Positions 38,802-48,949 of a stretch of DNA of 64,000 nucleotides are shown in pieces. The DNA comes from an uncultured Spirochaetota bacterium (GTDB taxonomy: Bacteria; Spirochaetota; Spirochaetia; SZUA-6; Fen-1364). Location: the NCBI GenBank assembly GCA_963845535.1, contig CAWJSK010000019.1:96001-160000 (forward strand), read 5' to 3'. The notes below the pieces were generated by a model. The model worked only from the letters and a program-made list of their open reading frames with translations. It ran no database searches and was not told the DNA's origin. A program made the position numbers and the translations under genes. Position 1 is the stretch's first letter. Every line of letters starts with the position of its first letter.

Positions 38802-40031
38802 ATGGAATCCATCGGCGAAAAACTTCGGCTGGCCCGGGAACGCAACAATCTGACCCTGGAGCAGATTGCGCGTGACACGCACGTGGCAAAACGGTTCCTC
38901 AAGGCCCTCGAGGATGAGGACTTCTCCGTCTTTCCCGGGGAGACCTACGTGATGGGCTTTCTGCGCAATTACTCGGAATACCTCGGACTGAACCCCGAGG
39001 AGCTCGTTGCGGTCTATCGGAACATCAAAATCCAGGAGCAGCCGCTTCCCATGAGCGAGCTTCTGGAGTCTCGGCCCAAGTACCCGCCTCTTCTGGTGGT
39101 CGTGGCCGCGGTGGCCGCGGTGCTCATCCTGGCCGCCACGGGCTACCTGATCTTCCGGGCCGCCTCCCACGGAGCCGGCGGCGCCCAGGCTGCCGTAAAG
39201 GCGCAGGGCGGCGCCCATAATGAGTTCGTCTTCCAGGACGAAGTGCGCACAATGTGGTTTGCAACCGGGGACGTGATCAGCGTTCCCGTGTCCGGCAAGA
39301 CCTACCAGATCCAGGTGGGAGCAATCGGGGACACGCTGACGCTCAAAGTGCCCGGCGGCACGGTGGACCTCACCCTTGGCAAGGAGAGATACATCGACCT
39401 GCAGGGTGACTCCTCGGCGGACATCAAGGTGGTCTGGAACGACGTGGACCGGACCTCCCCGCAAGTTCGCGTCAACCTCGGGCTGTACAGGACCGCGGGA
39501 CAGCCCGCGGACAATTCGACGGGGGCCGCGGCAGCGACGCCGGGCGCTCCGGCGGCGGGAGCGGCGGCCGGCGGCGCGCCAGCGGCGTCGAACGCCGCGC
39601 AGTCTGGCGCCGCCGCCTCGAACGCGCCCGCGGCTGGCCACGGCGCGGATTCGGGGGCAAATGCCGTCCCCGCAGCTTCCGCTGCGCCGCCCGTGGGAGG
39701 CGGCGACTTCGCTCCCGTCACCCTCATGAAGAGCCCCACCGCGTCTCCCTTCACGCTGGACTTTGCGTTCACGGGGGACTGTCTGTTCCGCTTCCTGGTG
39801 GATGACAAGGACCGTGAGGACCGCTTCTTCCAGAAGGGCGAGCAGTTCAGCATCGAGGCCGCGCAGAGGCAGGTCACGATCTGGCTGTCGAACGCCGGCG
39901 CGGCGCGCATGCGCGTTGACAACCGGGATTTCGAGCTGGGCGCGCTCGGAGAGGTTGCCACCCGCACGGTCGCCTGGCGCAAGGATTCGGCCGCGGCCGG
40001 GTATGTCCTCGAGATCACCGCGCTCTACTAA
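38802..40031 (+). CDS. rodZ: RodZ-like HTH membrane protein
   Basis: IGEKLRLARE...YVMGFLRNYSEYLGL; one TM helix; C-terminal SNAGA motif. Confidence 0.85.
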   Translation: MESIGEKLRLARERNNLTLEQIARDTHVAKRFLKALEDEDFSVFPGETYVMGFLRNYSEYLGLNPEELVAVYRNIKIQEQPLPMSELLESRPKYPPLLVVVAAVAAVLILAATGYLIFRAASHGAGGAQAAVKAQGGAHNEFVFQDEVRTMWFATGDVISVPVSGKTYQIQVGAIGDTLTLKVPGGTVDLTLGKERYIDLQGDSSADIKVVWNDVDRTSPQVRVNLGLYRTAGQPADNSTGAAAATPGAPAAGAAAGGAPAASNAAQSGAAASNAPAAGHGADSGANAVPAASAAPPVGGGDFAPVTLMKSPTASPFTLDFAFTGDCLFRFLVDDKDREDRFFQKGEQFSIEAAQRQVTIWLSNAGAARMRVDNRDFELGALGEVATRTVAWRKDSAAAGYVLEITALY

Positions 40032-41373
40032 AGCCACGGCCCGCACCAGCATCCCCGTTCCCCGTTCCTTTCACATCGAGAGCCTCGGGTGCGCGAAAAA
40101 CCAGGTCGACTCGGAGCTGATGATCGCGGCGCTCCAGAGGGAGGGGTGGACGCTTTCGGAAACTCCGGAAGCCGCCGAGGTCCTGATCGTCAACACGTGC
40201 GGCTTTATCTCGCCGGCGAAGACGGAGTCCATTGAAACGACCCTCGGCCTCAAGGCGCGTTTTCCCCACAAGAAAGTCATCATGGCGGGTTGCCTGACGG
40301 AGCGCTACGGCAGGGAGCTTGCCGCGGAGTTGAACGAGATTGACGGCTTCCTGGGAAACAAGGACCCTCACGCCATCATCGAGCTGGTGGAACAGGGAAG
40401 CCGCATGGCTTTGGCGGGACGCGCGGGCGCTCCGAAGGCCGCCTCCGGGCAGCGGCTGGAGAGGACAAGGCTCCTGTCGTTCCCCGGCTCCGCCTACGTG
40501 AAAGTGGCGGAGGGCTGCTCGAACCGCTGCACGTATTGCGCCATCCCGCTGATCCGAGGCGACCTGGCCAGCAGGTCCGTGGAGTCGATCCTGGAAGAGA
40601 TACGGGGCCTTCTGGCCAGGGGAGTGAAGGAGCTGATCTTCATCGCCCAGGACCTCGGGAGCTTCGGGCTGGATCGCGGCGGCCCTGAGCTGCCCCGGCT
40701 TCTGAACGCCGTGGCCTCCCTGGAGGGCCAGTTCTGGGTGCGCCTTCTGTACATTCATCCCGACAGGTTCCCGAGGGAGATATTGGCCATCATGTCACGC
40801 GACCCCCGGTTCCTTCCCTATTTTGATCTGCCGTTCCAGCACGCCGCCCCAAGGATATTGCGGGCCATGGGCCGCACGGGAATGGCTGAAGAGAACCTCG
40901 GGCTATTGGATGACATACGCCGGCGCCTGCCGAATGCGGTCATCCGCTCGACGTTCCTGCTGGGATTCCCCGGAGAATCGGAGGAGGATTTCCGGCTCCT
41001 GCTCGACTTCCAGCAGAAGGCGCGTTTCACATGGCTCGGGGCCTTCACCTATTCGCGGGAGGAAGGTACGCTGGCCTACGGCATGAAAGAAAAGGTGACA
41101 AAGGCCGTTGCCGAGGGACGGATGCATGAGATCGAGAGCCGGCAAGTCCCGATCACCGCGGAAGCGCTCGACGCCCAGGTCGGACGCACGCTGGACGTTC
41201 TCATTGAGGAAAAAGTGGAGGGTGAAGACATGAGCATTGGAAGGGCTTGCCTCCATGCCCCCGACGTGGACGGGCTCGTGGTGGTGCGTCGGAGCCTCCC
41301 TCCCGGGGAGTGGGTGCGGGCGCGAATCACCCGGAGAAACGGAGTCGATCTCGAAGGAGAGGCCGTCCTGTGA
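40003..41373 (+). CDS. rimO: ribosomal protein S12 methylthiotransferase
   Basis: SLGCAKNQVDSE, EGCSNRCTYCAIP and APDVDG motifs. The nearest in-frame ATG is 40003. Confidence 0.93.
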   Translation: MSSRSPRSTKATARTSIPVPRSFHIESLGCAKNQVDSELMIAALQREGWTLSETPEAAEVLIVNTCGFISPAKTESIETTLGLKARFPHKKVIMAGCLTERYGRELAAELNEIDGFLGNKDPHAIIELVEQGSRMALAGRAGAPKAASGQRLERTRLLSFPGSAYVKVAEGCSNRCTYCAIPLIRGDLASRSVESILEEIRGLLARGVKELIFIAQDLGSFGLDRGGPELPRLLNAVASLEGQFWVRLLYIHPDRFPREILAIMSRDPRFLPYFDLPFQHAAPRILRAMGRTGMAEENLGLLDDIRRRLPNAVIRSTFLLGFPGESEEDFRLLLDFQQKARFTWLGAFTYSREEGTLAYGMKEKVTKAVAEGRMHEIESRQVPITAEALDAQVGRTLDVLIEEKVEGEDMSIGRACLHAPDVDGLVVVRRSLPPGEWVRARITRRNGVDLEGEAVL

Positions 41374-41401
41374 TTGGTCCGGCCGGGGCGGAGACTTCGC
41401 C

Positions 41402-43492
41402 ATGAGCGACCCTGCCTGGTTCGAGGCGCTCAACCCTGAGCAGAGGGAGGCGGTTGTCCACCGGGGCGGCCCTCTCCTCATCCTGGCCGGGGCCGGCTCG
41501 GGAAAGACCCGGGTCATCACCACGAAGATCGCCTATCTCGTGAGCTGCCTCGGCGTGAATCCGCGTTCCATCCTCGCGGTCACCTTCACCAACAAGGCTG
41601 CCCAGGAAATGAAAAGCCGCGTGCTCGGAATGGTTCCCCGGGCCGAGGAAGTGATGGTGCGGACGTTCCATTCGTTCGGGGCCTGGTTCCTCCGGGTGAA
41701 CGCGGCGCTGGCCGGGTTGAGCCCGCACTTCCACATTTACGACGAGGATGACTCCCTGTCCCTGCTCAAGGGATGCCTGGAGAATGCTCCGGACAAAGGG
41801 GCTCTTCGCCAGACGTACAACCAGATAAGCCGGGCAAAGGACTTCGCCCTGAGCGCCACAGCTCCGCCTGAGGAGATACGGCGTCATGGCTGTGATCCCC
41901 AACAGTACCAGAGCTATGAGACGGCGCTTCGAAAGACGGGCAACGTTGATTTCGGGGACCTCATCCTGCTTCCCATCGTCCTTCTGCGCGAGCACCCTGA
42001 GGTTCGAGAGCGCACGCGCCAGAGGTTCCAGGTCGTCCTTGTGGACGAGTACCAGGACTCCAACATCGCCCAGTTCCAGCTCCTGAAGGAGCTCTGGCGG
42101 CCGGAGACGTATCTGTGCGTGGTCGGCGACGATGACCAGTCCATCTATCGCTTCCGCGGGGCGGAGGTCGGCAACATCCTCTCGTTTCCCGAGGTCTTTC
42201 CCGGCACCACCATCGTCCGCCTGGAAAGGAACTACCGCTCGACGCAGCCCATCCTGGACATCGCTTCGGCGGTTGTCAGCAACAACACGGGCAGGCTCGG
42301 CAAGACGCTCTGGACGGAGAAGAGCGAGGGGGAGCGGCCCGTCGTGTATTGCCTGGAAGACCAGGAGGAAGAGGCGGAGCTGTGCTCCCGGATCGTCACC
42401 GATGGGTTCCCCGGTGACACGGCAATCCTCTACCGCATGAACGCGCAGTCCCTGCATTTCGAGCGGCTGTTCCGTGAGAAGCGCATCCCGTTCCGCTTGA
42501 TCGGCACCACGGGCTTCTATTCCCGGGAGGAGGTCAAGGACGCGGTTGCCTACCTTTCGCTCCTTGCAAACCCGAATGACGAAGTGCGTTTCCGCAGGGT
42601 TGTGAACAAGCCGGGCCGGGGAATCGGGGAAGCAAGCGCTGAGAAGATCGTTGCGGAGTGGCGCTCCGGCGTCGGCACCCTCATGGAGGCGTCCCGTCGG
42701 ATGGCGGGCAGGCTCCCCCCGCGCACGCGGGCCGGACTGTTCGACCTTCTGACCCTCATTGAAGAGCTGGGGGCCGCGCTGACGGACACCCCGCTCGCGG
42801 AGCTGGCGCGGGTCCTGGTCTCCCGAACGGGGCTGTACGAGCTGTACAAGAGCAGGGACCGCTCCGACGGCACGAGCCGCTCGGAGAACCTTGAGGAGCT
42901 TGTGAGCGACCTGGCCTCCTACGGCACGGGGCCGCAGGAGCTCGTACGCTACCTGGAGGACGTGGCGCTGGCCAGCCCGGGGGATGAGAAGGCGCAGGGG
43001 GATGCTGAGGCAAAGGTGAGCCTGATCACCATCCACAACACCAAGGGCCTGGAGTTCGACAGGGTGATCATCACCGGCCTGGAGGAGCAGATATTCCCGC
43101 ACTCATCGAGTGACTGGGGAGAGCCCGAGGAGCTCGAAGAGGAAAGGCGCCTGTTCTACGTGGGGATCACCCGCGCGCGGGAAAAGCTCGTCATGACGTG
43201 GTGCAGGCGCAGGCGGATCTTCGGCAGATACTCGGACATGGCGCCCTCACGGTTCCTGGATGAGATCCCCGAAGGCGCCGCTGAGCGGTTGGGGGAGGAG
43301 GAGGAAGAGGAGGCCGCGGATGACTACCCCGTCGGATCCGGCGTCTACCATGACGAATATGGCCCCGGCGTCGTGGAAAGGAAATGGTATACTGACGGCA
43401 CCCTTCTCGTGCAGGTCAGGTTCGAATCCGGAAGGGTCGCGAAGTTCCTGCCGAAATACACGCGGCTGGAGCGGATAAGCCTCGGTGAATAG
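41402..43492 (+). CDS. pcrA: UvrD/PcrA family helicase
   Basis: AGAGSGKT, VDEYQD, GDDDQSIY, KGLEF and EEERRLFYV motifs. Confidence 0.95.
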   Translation: MSDPAWFEALNPEQREAVVHRGGPLLILAGAGSGKTRVITTKIAYLVSCLGVNPRSILAVTFTNKAAQEMKSRVLGMVPRAEEVMVRTFHSFGAWFLRVNAALAGLSPHFHIYDEDDSLSLLKGCLENAPDKGALRQTYNQISRAKDFALSATAPPEEIRRHGCDPQQYQSYETALRKTGNVDFGDLILLPIVLLREHPEVRERTRQRFQVVLVDEYQDSNIAQFQLLKELWRPETYLCVVGDDDQSIYRFRGAEVGNILSFPEVFPGTTIVRLERNYRSTQPILDIASAVVSNNTGRLGKTLWTEKSEGERPVVYCLEDQEEEAELCSRIVTDGFPGDTAILYRMNAQSLHFERLFREKRIPFRLIGTTGFYSREEVKDAVAYLSLLANPNDEVRFRRVVNKPGRGIGEASAEKIVAEWRSGVGTLMEASRRMAGRLPPRTRAGLFDLLTLIEELGAALTDTPLAELARVLVSRTGLYELYKSRDRSDGTSRSENLEELVSDLASYGTGPQELVRYLEDVALASPGDEKAQGDAEAKVSLITIHNTKGLEFDRVIITGLEEQIFPHSSSDWGEPEELEEERRLFYVGITRAREKLVMTWCRRRRIFGRYSDMAPSRFLDEIPEGAAERLGEEEEEEAADDYPVGSGVYHDEYGPGVVERKWYTDGTLLVQVRFESGRVAKFLPKYTRLERISLGE

Positions 43493-44291
43493 GATGACAA
43501 CGGGGAGAAGAGGGATGAAGGACGTTCAGGGAGGCCCGGACTACAGGAACACGCCCATCCAGAAGGTGGGAATCCGCCACATCCGCTACCCCATCACTGT
43601 CCGGGACAAGAACAGGGAAAAGCAGGACACGGTGGCCAACCTCACGCTGTCGGTGAACCTCCCGCACAACTACCGCGGCACGCACATGAGCAGGCTCATC
43701 GAGGTGCTGGACCGGTTCAAGAGCGAAGTGAGCTATCATACCCTTGACGTCATTCTGCTGGAGATCAAGAAGGCGCTGAACGCCGAGGAGTCTCACATCG
43801 AGATCGCCTTCCCGTTTTTTCAGCGCACGCGGGCCCCCGTTTCCGGATTGGAATCCACGATGTCCTACGACTGCCTCATCTCGGCCTCCTATGCGCGGCG
43901 CCTGGAGATTGCCACCCGGGTGGAGGTCCCGGTTCACACCCTTTGCCCGTGCTCCCGCGAGATATCGCGCGTGTCCGCGCACAACCAGAGGGGCACGGTC
44001 TCCATCACGGTGGGGATGACGAAGTTCATCTGGATCGAGGACCTGATCGAGATCGCGGAGACTTCCGCCTCCAGCCCGGTCTACACGCTCCTCAAGCGAG
44101 AGGACGAAAAGTACATCACCGAGCACGCATATGAGAACCCGCGGTTCGTCGAAGACGTGGTGCGCGAAGTTGCGCTACGCCTGGACCCGCTCCCCGGTTT
44201 GCGCTACTACTCCGTGGAGGTGGAAAACTTCGAATCAATCCACACCCACAACGCGTATGCGGTCATAGCCAAGAGCTTCGATGGTAACTAG
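43485..44291 (+). CDS. folE2: GTP cyclohydrolase IB
   Basis: RGTHMSR, TLCPCS, AHNQR and ESIHTHNA motifs. The start may be 43515. Confidence 0.95.
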   Translation: MNRMTTGRRGMKDVQGGPDYRNTPIQKVGIRHIRYPITVRDKNREKQDTVANLTLSVNLPHNYRGTHMSRLIEVLDRFKSEVSYHTLDVILLEIKKALNAEESHIEIAFPFFQRTRAPVSGLESTMSYDCLISASYARRLEIATRVEVPVHTLCPCSREISRVSAHNQRGTVSITVGMTKFIWIEDLIEIAETSASSPVYTLLKREDEKYITEHAYENPRFVEDVVREVALRLDPLPGLRYYSVEVENFESIHTHNAYAVIAKSFDGN

Positions 44292-45123
44292 CCGAGGCGC
44301 CGCGGTGGTCCCCATCATCAGGCGCGCCCGCGGGTTTCGGCTCTACGACCAGCACGGCAGGCGGTATCTCGACCTCTACCGGGACGGGGGAGGAGCGTTG
44401 CTGGGGCATCGAAGCGGCGTGACGGTCACGCTGATGAAGTCCGTGCTTTCCCAGGGCCTTGCGAGCTCCGCGCCGTCCGTCTGGGAGGCGCGCCTGGTTC
44501 GGATGATCGCTTCAATGTTCTCTGACCGTCACACCGTGAGGCTCTATTCCTCCCGGCCGAATGCGCTGGAGGCGGTTTCACGCTCTCTCGGGATGCGCGT
44601 GGATGGGTCTGACGTGCATGATCCCGCCCTCCCGGCCGATTTGCCGGGACGTCCTCGCGCCTCCTTGTGGCGCCCTTTCCTGCCGGAAGCGGAGCAGGGA
44701 ATTGCTGACAGCGCGATCATTCTTCCCGTCCTTCCGCTCTCCGTCTGCGAAGCGCCCGCCCCGGTGTGCTTTCCCGGTCTTCCCGCACCCGAGCCGCCTC
44801 CTTCCGACCCCCTCCCCGGGTTTCTCCTTGCCGGCGCTTTTTCGGCCCTTTCGCGGCTTCGAAGCGGGCGCCTCGGCGACTCCTTCGCGGCAAACCCGGT
44901 GGTCGAGAAAGCCGTGGATGCTTCATCCGCATGGAGGCGCCGGGGCCCGTACGTGCGCGCCAATTTCCGCGCTGAGGAATACCCGGGGGTCTTTGCCGAG
45001 TTTCTTGGAGCGGGCGTTCTTCTTTCACCGAAGTATCCTGGACCAAGCATTCTCCCCGGGGAGTGCTCCCCGGGAGAGGCGCGGCTCCTGGCCGAGCTTT
45101 TCACCAGAATCCCCGGAGGTTGA
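44281..45123 (+). CDS. degenerate class-III aminotransferase-like protein
   Basis: RARGFRLYDQHGRRYLDL...LLGH N-terminus; only 280 aa; no recognisable PLP-binding core. Confidence 0.7.
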   Translation: MVTSRGAAVVPIIRRARGFRLYDQHGRRYLDLYRDGGGALLGHRSGVTVTLMKSVLSQGLASSAPSVWEARLVRMIASMFSDRHTVRLYSSRPNALEAVSRSLGMRVDGSDVHDPALPADLPGRPRASLWRPFLPEAEQGIADSAIILPVLPLSVCEAPAPVCFPGLPAPEPPPSDPLPGFLLAGAFSALSRLRSGRLGDSFAANPVVEKAVDASSAWRRRGPYVRANFRAEEYPGVFAEFLGAGVLLSPKYPGPSILPGECSPGEARLLAELFTRIPGG

Positions 45124-45125
45124 TC

Positions 45126-45425
45126 ATGGACATCGCCGCGTTCACCGTTGATGCATCTCACCTGTTGTTCGGCGCTTTCGCCACCTTCTGCGCCATTCTC
45201 CTCTGGTCTCGCACGCGGGAGATCGCGTGGACCTTCCTCATCATGGCGGTCATCATTTCCTATGCGGACATCGTGATGGCCACGCTCAGGAGCTACGGCA
45301 TCCTGGGGCCGGAGCCCCAGATCGCGCACGGCATCCCGATTGTACGGGTCCTGCTGGCGGATCTTCCGTTCCTTTTCTCCGGGATCGGCTTCGTCATTGC
45401 CTTTTCGCGGGGAAGGACGCGCTGA
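45126..45425 (+). CDS. small membrane protein with three TM helices
   Basis: GGAGG RBS; hydrophobic 99-aa ORF that fills the operon gap. Confidence 0.75.
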   Translation: MDIAAFTVDASHLLFGAFATFCAILLWSRTREIAWTFLIMAVIISYADIVMATLRSYGILGPEPQIAHGIPIVRVLLADLPFLFSGIGFVIAFSRGRTR

Positions 45426-45427
45426 GC

Positions 45428-46900
45428 ATGGCAACGGTGCACGTCATCCCGGCGAGGGATGACCAGAACATGGAGCAGAAGCTCGCCACGCTTCTCCTTG
45501 CCGCGGTGGAGGACAAGCCTGACCTCATCATCTCCGTTTTTGCGGGCACCCCGGCTTTCGGCGCATACAGGCTGCTCGTCGAACGCGCCCGTTCGGAGCT
45601 GGTGGATTTTTCCCGTGTGAGATTCGTGGTCTTCGACGAGCTGGCGCGGCCGTCCGCGCCCTTTCGGGCCGTCCTGCAGGAGCGGCTGTTCGGCCCGCTG
45701 TCCGTCCCCCCGGAGAACGTCATTGCCTTCACCCCGAGCCACAACCATGCGGATGAGACCGCCCGCATTGCGAGCTGGCTCGCCGTGGCCGGCATCGACA
45801 TCGCGCTTCTCTCGGTGGACTCCCGCGGGCACATCGGTTTTCACGTGACAGGGTCGGACCTCGAGTCCACGGCGGGGCTCATCGCCGTTCCCAACAAGGA
45901 GCGCTGGGGCGCGGAGAAGGCCTTCTCACTCGGCCTGGCGGACCTTCGGCGCGCTGCACGGATCCTTCTGTTCGCGGCGGGGCGCAACCTTGCGGAGATC
46001 GTGCGGAGGCTCATGGAGGGCAGCTTCGATCCCTCCCTTCCCATCTCGGTCCTCCAGCGACATGAGAACGTGACCTTGATTGCGGACAGGGGCGCGCTCT
46101 CCGGCATCGAGCGCAAAGAGCGCATCAGCGGGTTCCACTCCGGGCTCTTCATCATGGACGCGCAGACCGTCCCTTCCCAGCGCAGGGCCCTCATCATCTC
46201 TCCGCACCCCGATGACGCTCCCATCAGCCTCGGCGGGACCATGGCCATGCTCAGCCCTCGGTGCAGGGTCGTCACCGCGGTCATGACAACGGGGCATCGA
46301 TCCTTCATCTATGGCACGCAGAGGAGCGAGAGGATCACGATCCGCGAAGGAGAAGTGGTCAAGGAGTCGCGCATCCTGGGGGCGGAGCCGCGCTTCCTGC
46401 GGCTTCCTTTCTATGACAGCAACTACGAGGTGTCCGAGCGCGACATCGCCGCCCTCGGCGCCCTGGTGTCGGAGCTCGACCCTGACTGGGTGTTCATGCC
46501 GCACACGCGGGATTCCCACCCGGCGCACATCGCGAGCCGCCGCGTCGCGGTGGAAGCGCTGCGCCGTTTCCTGGCCGGGACGTCGAAGACCATCGAGGTG
46601 TGGAACTTCGAGGGTCCCTGGGCCCTTTTCAACCGAGGAGATTTCAACACCATCGTCACCGTGCCGCGCCTGCCGTTCGAGCGCAAGCTGCAGGCCATCC
46701 GCGCTCACGAGTCGCAGGTTGCGCGCACGCCGTACGACGTGGCGGCGGAGTCGCTGGGGCGCCTGCGCGCCGCGCTCGTGCCGGAGTCGGAGCTGGCGGG
46801 GTTCGGCGCGAGCCCTCCGCGGCTGGACTCGTGGCTGGAGCTCTTCCAGCGGGAGGTCATGCGCGGCGAGGCCGTCACGGAAGCTCCGCCCGGGGAGTAA
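45428..46900 (+). CDS. NagB-like domain fused to a PIG-L/LmbE deacetylase
   Basis: FDE, GHIGF and SVLQRHENVTLIAD (NagB); SPHPDD, DSHPAH and AHESQ (PIG-L). Confidence 0.85.
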   Translation: MATVHVIPARDDQNMEQKLATLLLAAVEDKPDLIISVFAGTPAFGAYRLLVERARSELVDFSRVRFVVFDELARPSAPFRAVLQERLFGPLSVPPENVIAFTPSHNHADETARIASWLAVAGIDIALLSVDSRGHIGFHVTGSDLESTAGLIAVPNKERWGAEKAFSLGLADLRRAARILLFAAGRNLAEIVRRLMEGSFDPSLPISVLQRHENVTLIADRGALSGIERKERISGFHSGLFIMDAQTVPSQRRALIISPHPDDAPISLGGTMAMLSPRCRVVTAVMTTGHRSFIYGTQRSERITIREGEVVKESRILGAEPRFLRLPFYDSNYEVSERDIAALGALVSELDPDWVFMPHTRDSHPAHIASRRVAVEALRRFLAGTSKTIEVWNFEGPWALFNRGDFNTIVTVPRLPFERKLQAIRAHESQVARTPYDVAAESLGRLRAALVPESELAGFGASPPRLDSWLELFQREVMRGEAVTEAPPGE

Positions 46901-46984
46901 AGCGCCCACGGCCGCGGCGCGGCACATTCGGGCCCGCGGCGGCGGCCGGGCGCGCTCGCGCCGGCGGTTTGCGCGGGCGGTTCC

Positions 46985-47014
46985 TTGACAAGCTTCATAT
47001 TACGACTGTAATAT
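46985..47014 (+). promoter_or_regulatory. tetR-fabF promoter with palindromic operator
   Basis: TTGACA at 46985; ATATTAC-gact-GTAATAT at 46997-47014, overlapping -10 TAATAT. Confidence 0.7.
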
Positions 47015-47036
47015 TGCGGCTGCAATGCGGAGAAGG

Positions 47037-47637
47037 ATGCGCCGGGGAAAGGACCCGGGGAGAGATACGGCCGCGCGCAAGGAGCATTCTCACGAGAGGA
47101 TTCGGGCCGCTGCCGCCCGACTGCTTCGTCGTGACGGCCTTCGAGGCGCCAGCGTCCGCAAGGTCATGGCGGCAGCCGGCCTGACGGGGGGAGGGTTCTA
47201 CGCCCACTTCCGGTCGAAGGACACGCTTTTTGCCGACGCGTTCTCCTGCGCCATCCGCGACAAGCGCAAGCGCCTGGCGGGAACCCTCGGTGACGCGCGA
47301 GGACCTTCGTACATCGATCGGTTTCTCCGGGCATACCTGACGGCTGAGCATCGTGACAACCTGCAGGACAGTTGTCCGTACGCGGCGCTCCTGTCGGAGC
47401 TTCCGCGCGCGGGCAGGACCGTGCGTTCTCGAGTGCGGGAGGATTTCGCCGCCGGGGTGAAGGCGTTCGCGGACCGCCTGGACGGGAGCCGAGCCGGAGG
47501 AGTCCCGGCACAAGGCCATGCTGGCCTTGTGCCTCTCCTTCGGGGCGCTCGCGATGTCCAGGACGCTTGGCGGCTACCCGGAAGCGGACGAGCTGCTGCG
47601 GGTCGCGTCTGCTGCGTCGAAGTATTGGAGGATGTGA
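47037..47637 (+). pseudogene. TetR family regulator with an apparent +1 frameshift near 47485 (possibly a sequencing error)
   Basis: HTH VMAAAGLTGGGFYAHFRSK. The canonical C-terminus (AMLALCLSFGALAMSR...ADELL) is in the +1 frame and ends at TGA 47635-47637. Confidence 0.75.
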
Positions 47638-48899
47638 TGAAGAAGCGTGTCGTAGTCACCGGGATGGGAGTCGTGTCTCCGCTTGGCGTCGGGTACGACC
47701 TCATGTGGCAGAGGCTCATGGAAGGGAAGTCGGGAATCCGCGCCATTGACCGCTTCCCGGCCTCCGAGCTTGCGTCCCGTGTCGCGGGCTTGGTGCCCTA
47801 CGGTTCCGGACCGGGGGAGCTGGATTTCGAGAACGGTTTCGCCCCTCGTGAAACAAAGCGCAATGACCCGTTCATCCTGTACGCGAAGAAGGCGACGGCG
47901 GAGGCGCTTGCTGATGCCGGCTATGCTCCCGAAGACCCCCGGGAAAAGGAACGAGTGGGAGTCATCGTCGGAACGGGGATCGGAGGCTTTTCGACCCTTG
48001 CGCAAGGGGCGCTGGATTTCTCAGCCCGCGGTGACGCGGGGATTTCCGCGTATTTCATCACCGCGCAGCTCGCCAACCTCGCAAGCGGACAGATTGCGGT
48101 CACCTACGGATTCGGGGGTCCAAACTTCTCCGTCATGAGCGCCTGCGCTACAGGCGCCGAAGCAATAGCATCTGGCGTCCGCGCCATCCTGCTGGGCGAG
48201 GCTGACGTGGTTGTTGCCGGCGGGAGCGACGCCGCGGTCCATCCCCTGACGATAACCGGCTTCGCGAAAGCTCATGCTCTGAGCACGCACTTCAACGACT
48301 GTCCGCAGCGCGCGTCGCGTCCCTTCGACGCGGCGCGCGACGGCTTTGTGATGGCCGAAGGGGCCGGCGTGCTGATCCTGGAAAGCTACGAGCATGCCGC
48401 CGCGCGCGGGGCGCGCATCCATGCCGAGCTTGCGGGCTACGCTTCGGTGAGCGACGCGTATCACATCACGGCCACCCACCCCGAGGGGCTGGGGGAGCAG
48501 CGGGCGCTGCGCCTGTCCCTGGAGCGGGCGGAGATCCCGCCGGACGCAGTTGACTACCTCAACGCGCATGCCACGGGCACGCAGATCGGGGACGCCGGTG
48601 AGCTGCACGCCATCCGGGCCGTGTTCGGAAAGGACGCCCGGCTGGCCATCTCTTCCACCAAGGGGGCCATGGGCCACACCTTCGGAGCCGCCGGGGCAAT
48701 CGAGGCCATCGTCTCCATCCTCTCCATCATGCACCAGATGTGCCCGCCCACGCTGAATCTGGAGAAGCCAGACGCGGAGTTCGCGGGGCTTGATCTCGTG
48801 CGGGGAAAGCCTGAGGAGCGCCCCGTTCGCGTTGCCGTTTCCAACTCTTTCGGCTTCGGGAGCACAAAGGTGGCCCTTGCTTTCTCCCGGGTGTCGTGA
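47637..48899 (+). CDS. fabF: beta-ketoacyl-ACP synthase II
   Basis: RVVVTGMG, SACATG, NAHATGT, GHTFGAAG and SNSFGFG motifs; own GGAGG RBS. Confidence 0.93.
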   Translation: MKKRVVVTGMGVVSPLGVGYDLMWQRLMEGKSGIRAIDRFPASELASRVAGLVPYGSGPGELDFENGFAPRETKRNDPFILYAKKATAEALADAGYAPEDPREKERVGVIVGTGIGGFSTLAQGALDFSARGDAGISAYFITAQLANLASGQIAVTYGFGGPNFSVMSACATGAEAIASGVRAILLGEADVVVAGGSDAAVHPLTITGFAKAHALSTHFNDCPQRASRPFDAARDGFVMAEGAGVLILESYEHAAARGARIHAELAGYASVSDAYHITATHPEGLGEQRALRLSLERAEIPPDAVDYLNAHATGTQIGDAGELHAIRAVFGKDARLAISSTKGAMGHTFGAAGAIEAIVSILSIMHQMCPPTLNLEKPDAEFAGLDLVRGKPEERPVRVAVSNSFGFGSTKVALAFSRVS

Positions 48900-48903
48900 G
48901 ACG

Positions 48904-48928
48904 AAAAAGGCCCGGGAGACCGGGCCTT
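48904..48928 (-). terminator. intrinsic terminator between the convergent fabF and ferredoxin genes
   Basis: AAGGCCCGG-gaga-CCGGGCCTT with a U-tract on the minus strand. Confidence 0.75.
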
Positions 48929-48949
48929 CTCATGATCGATTCAGGGATC

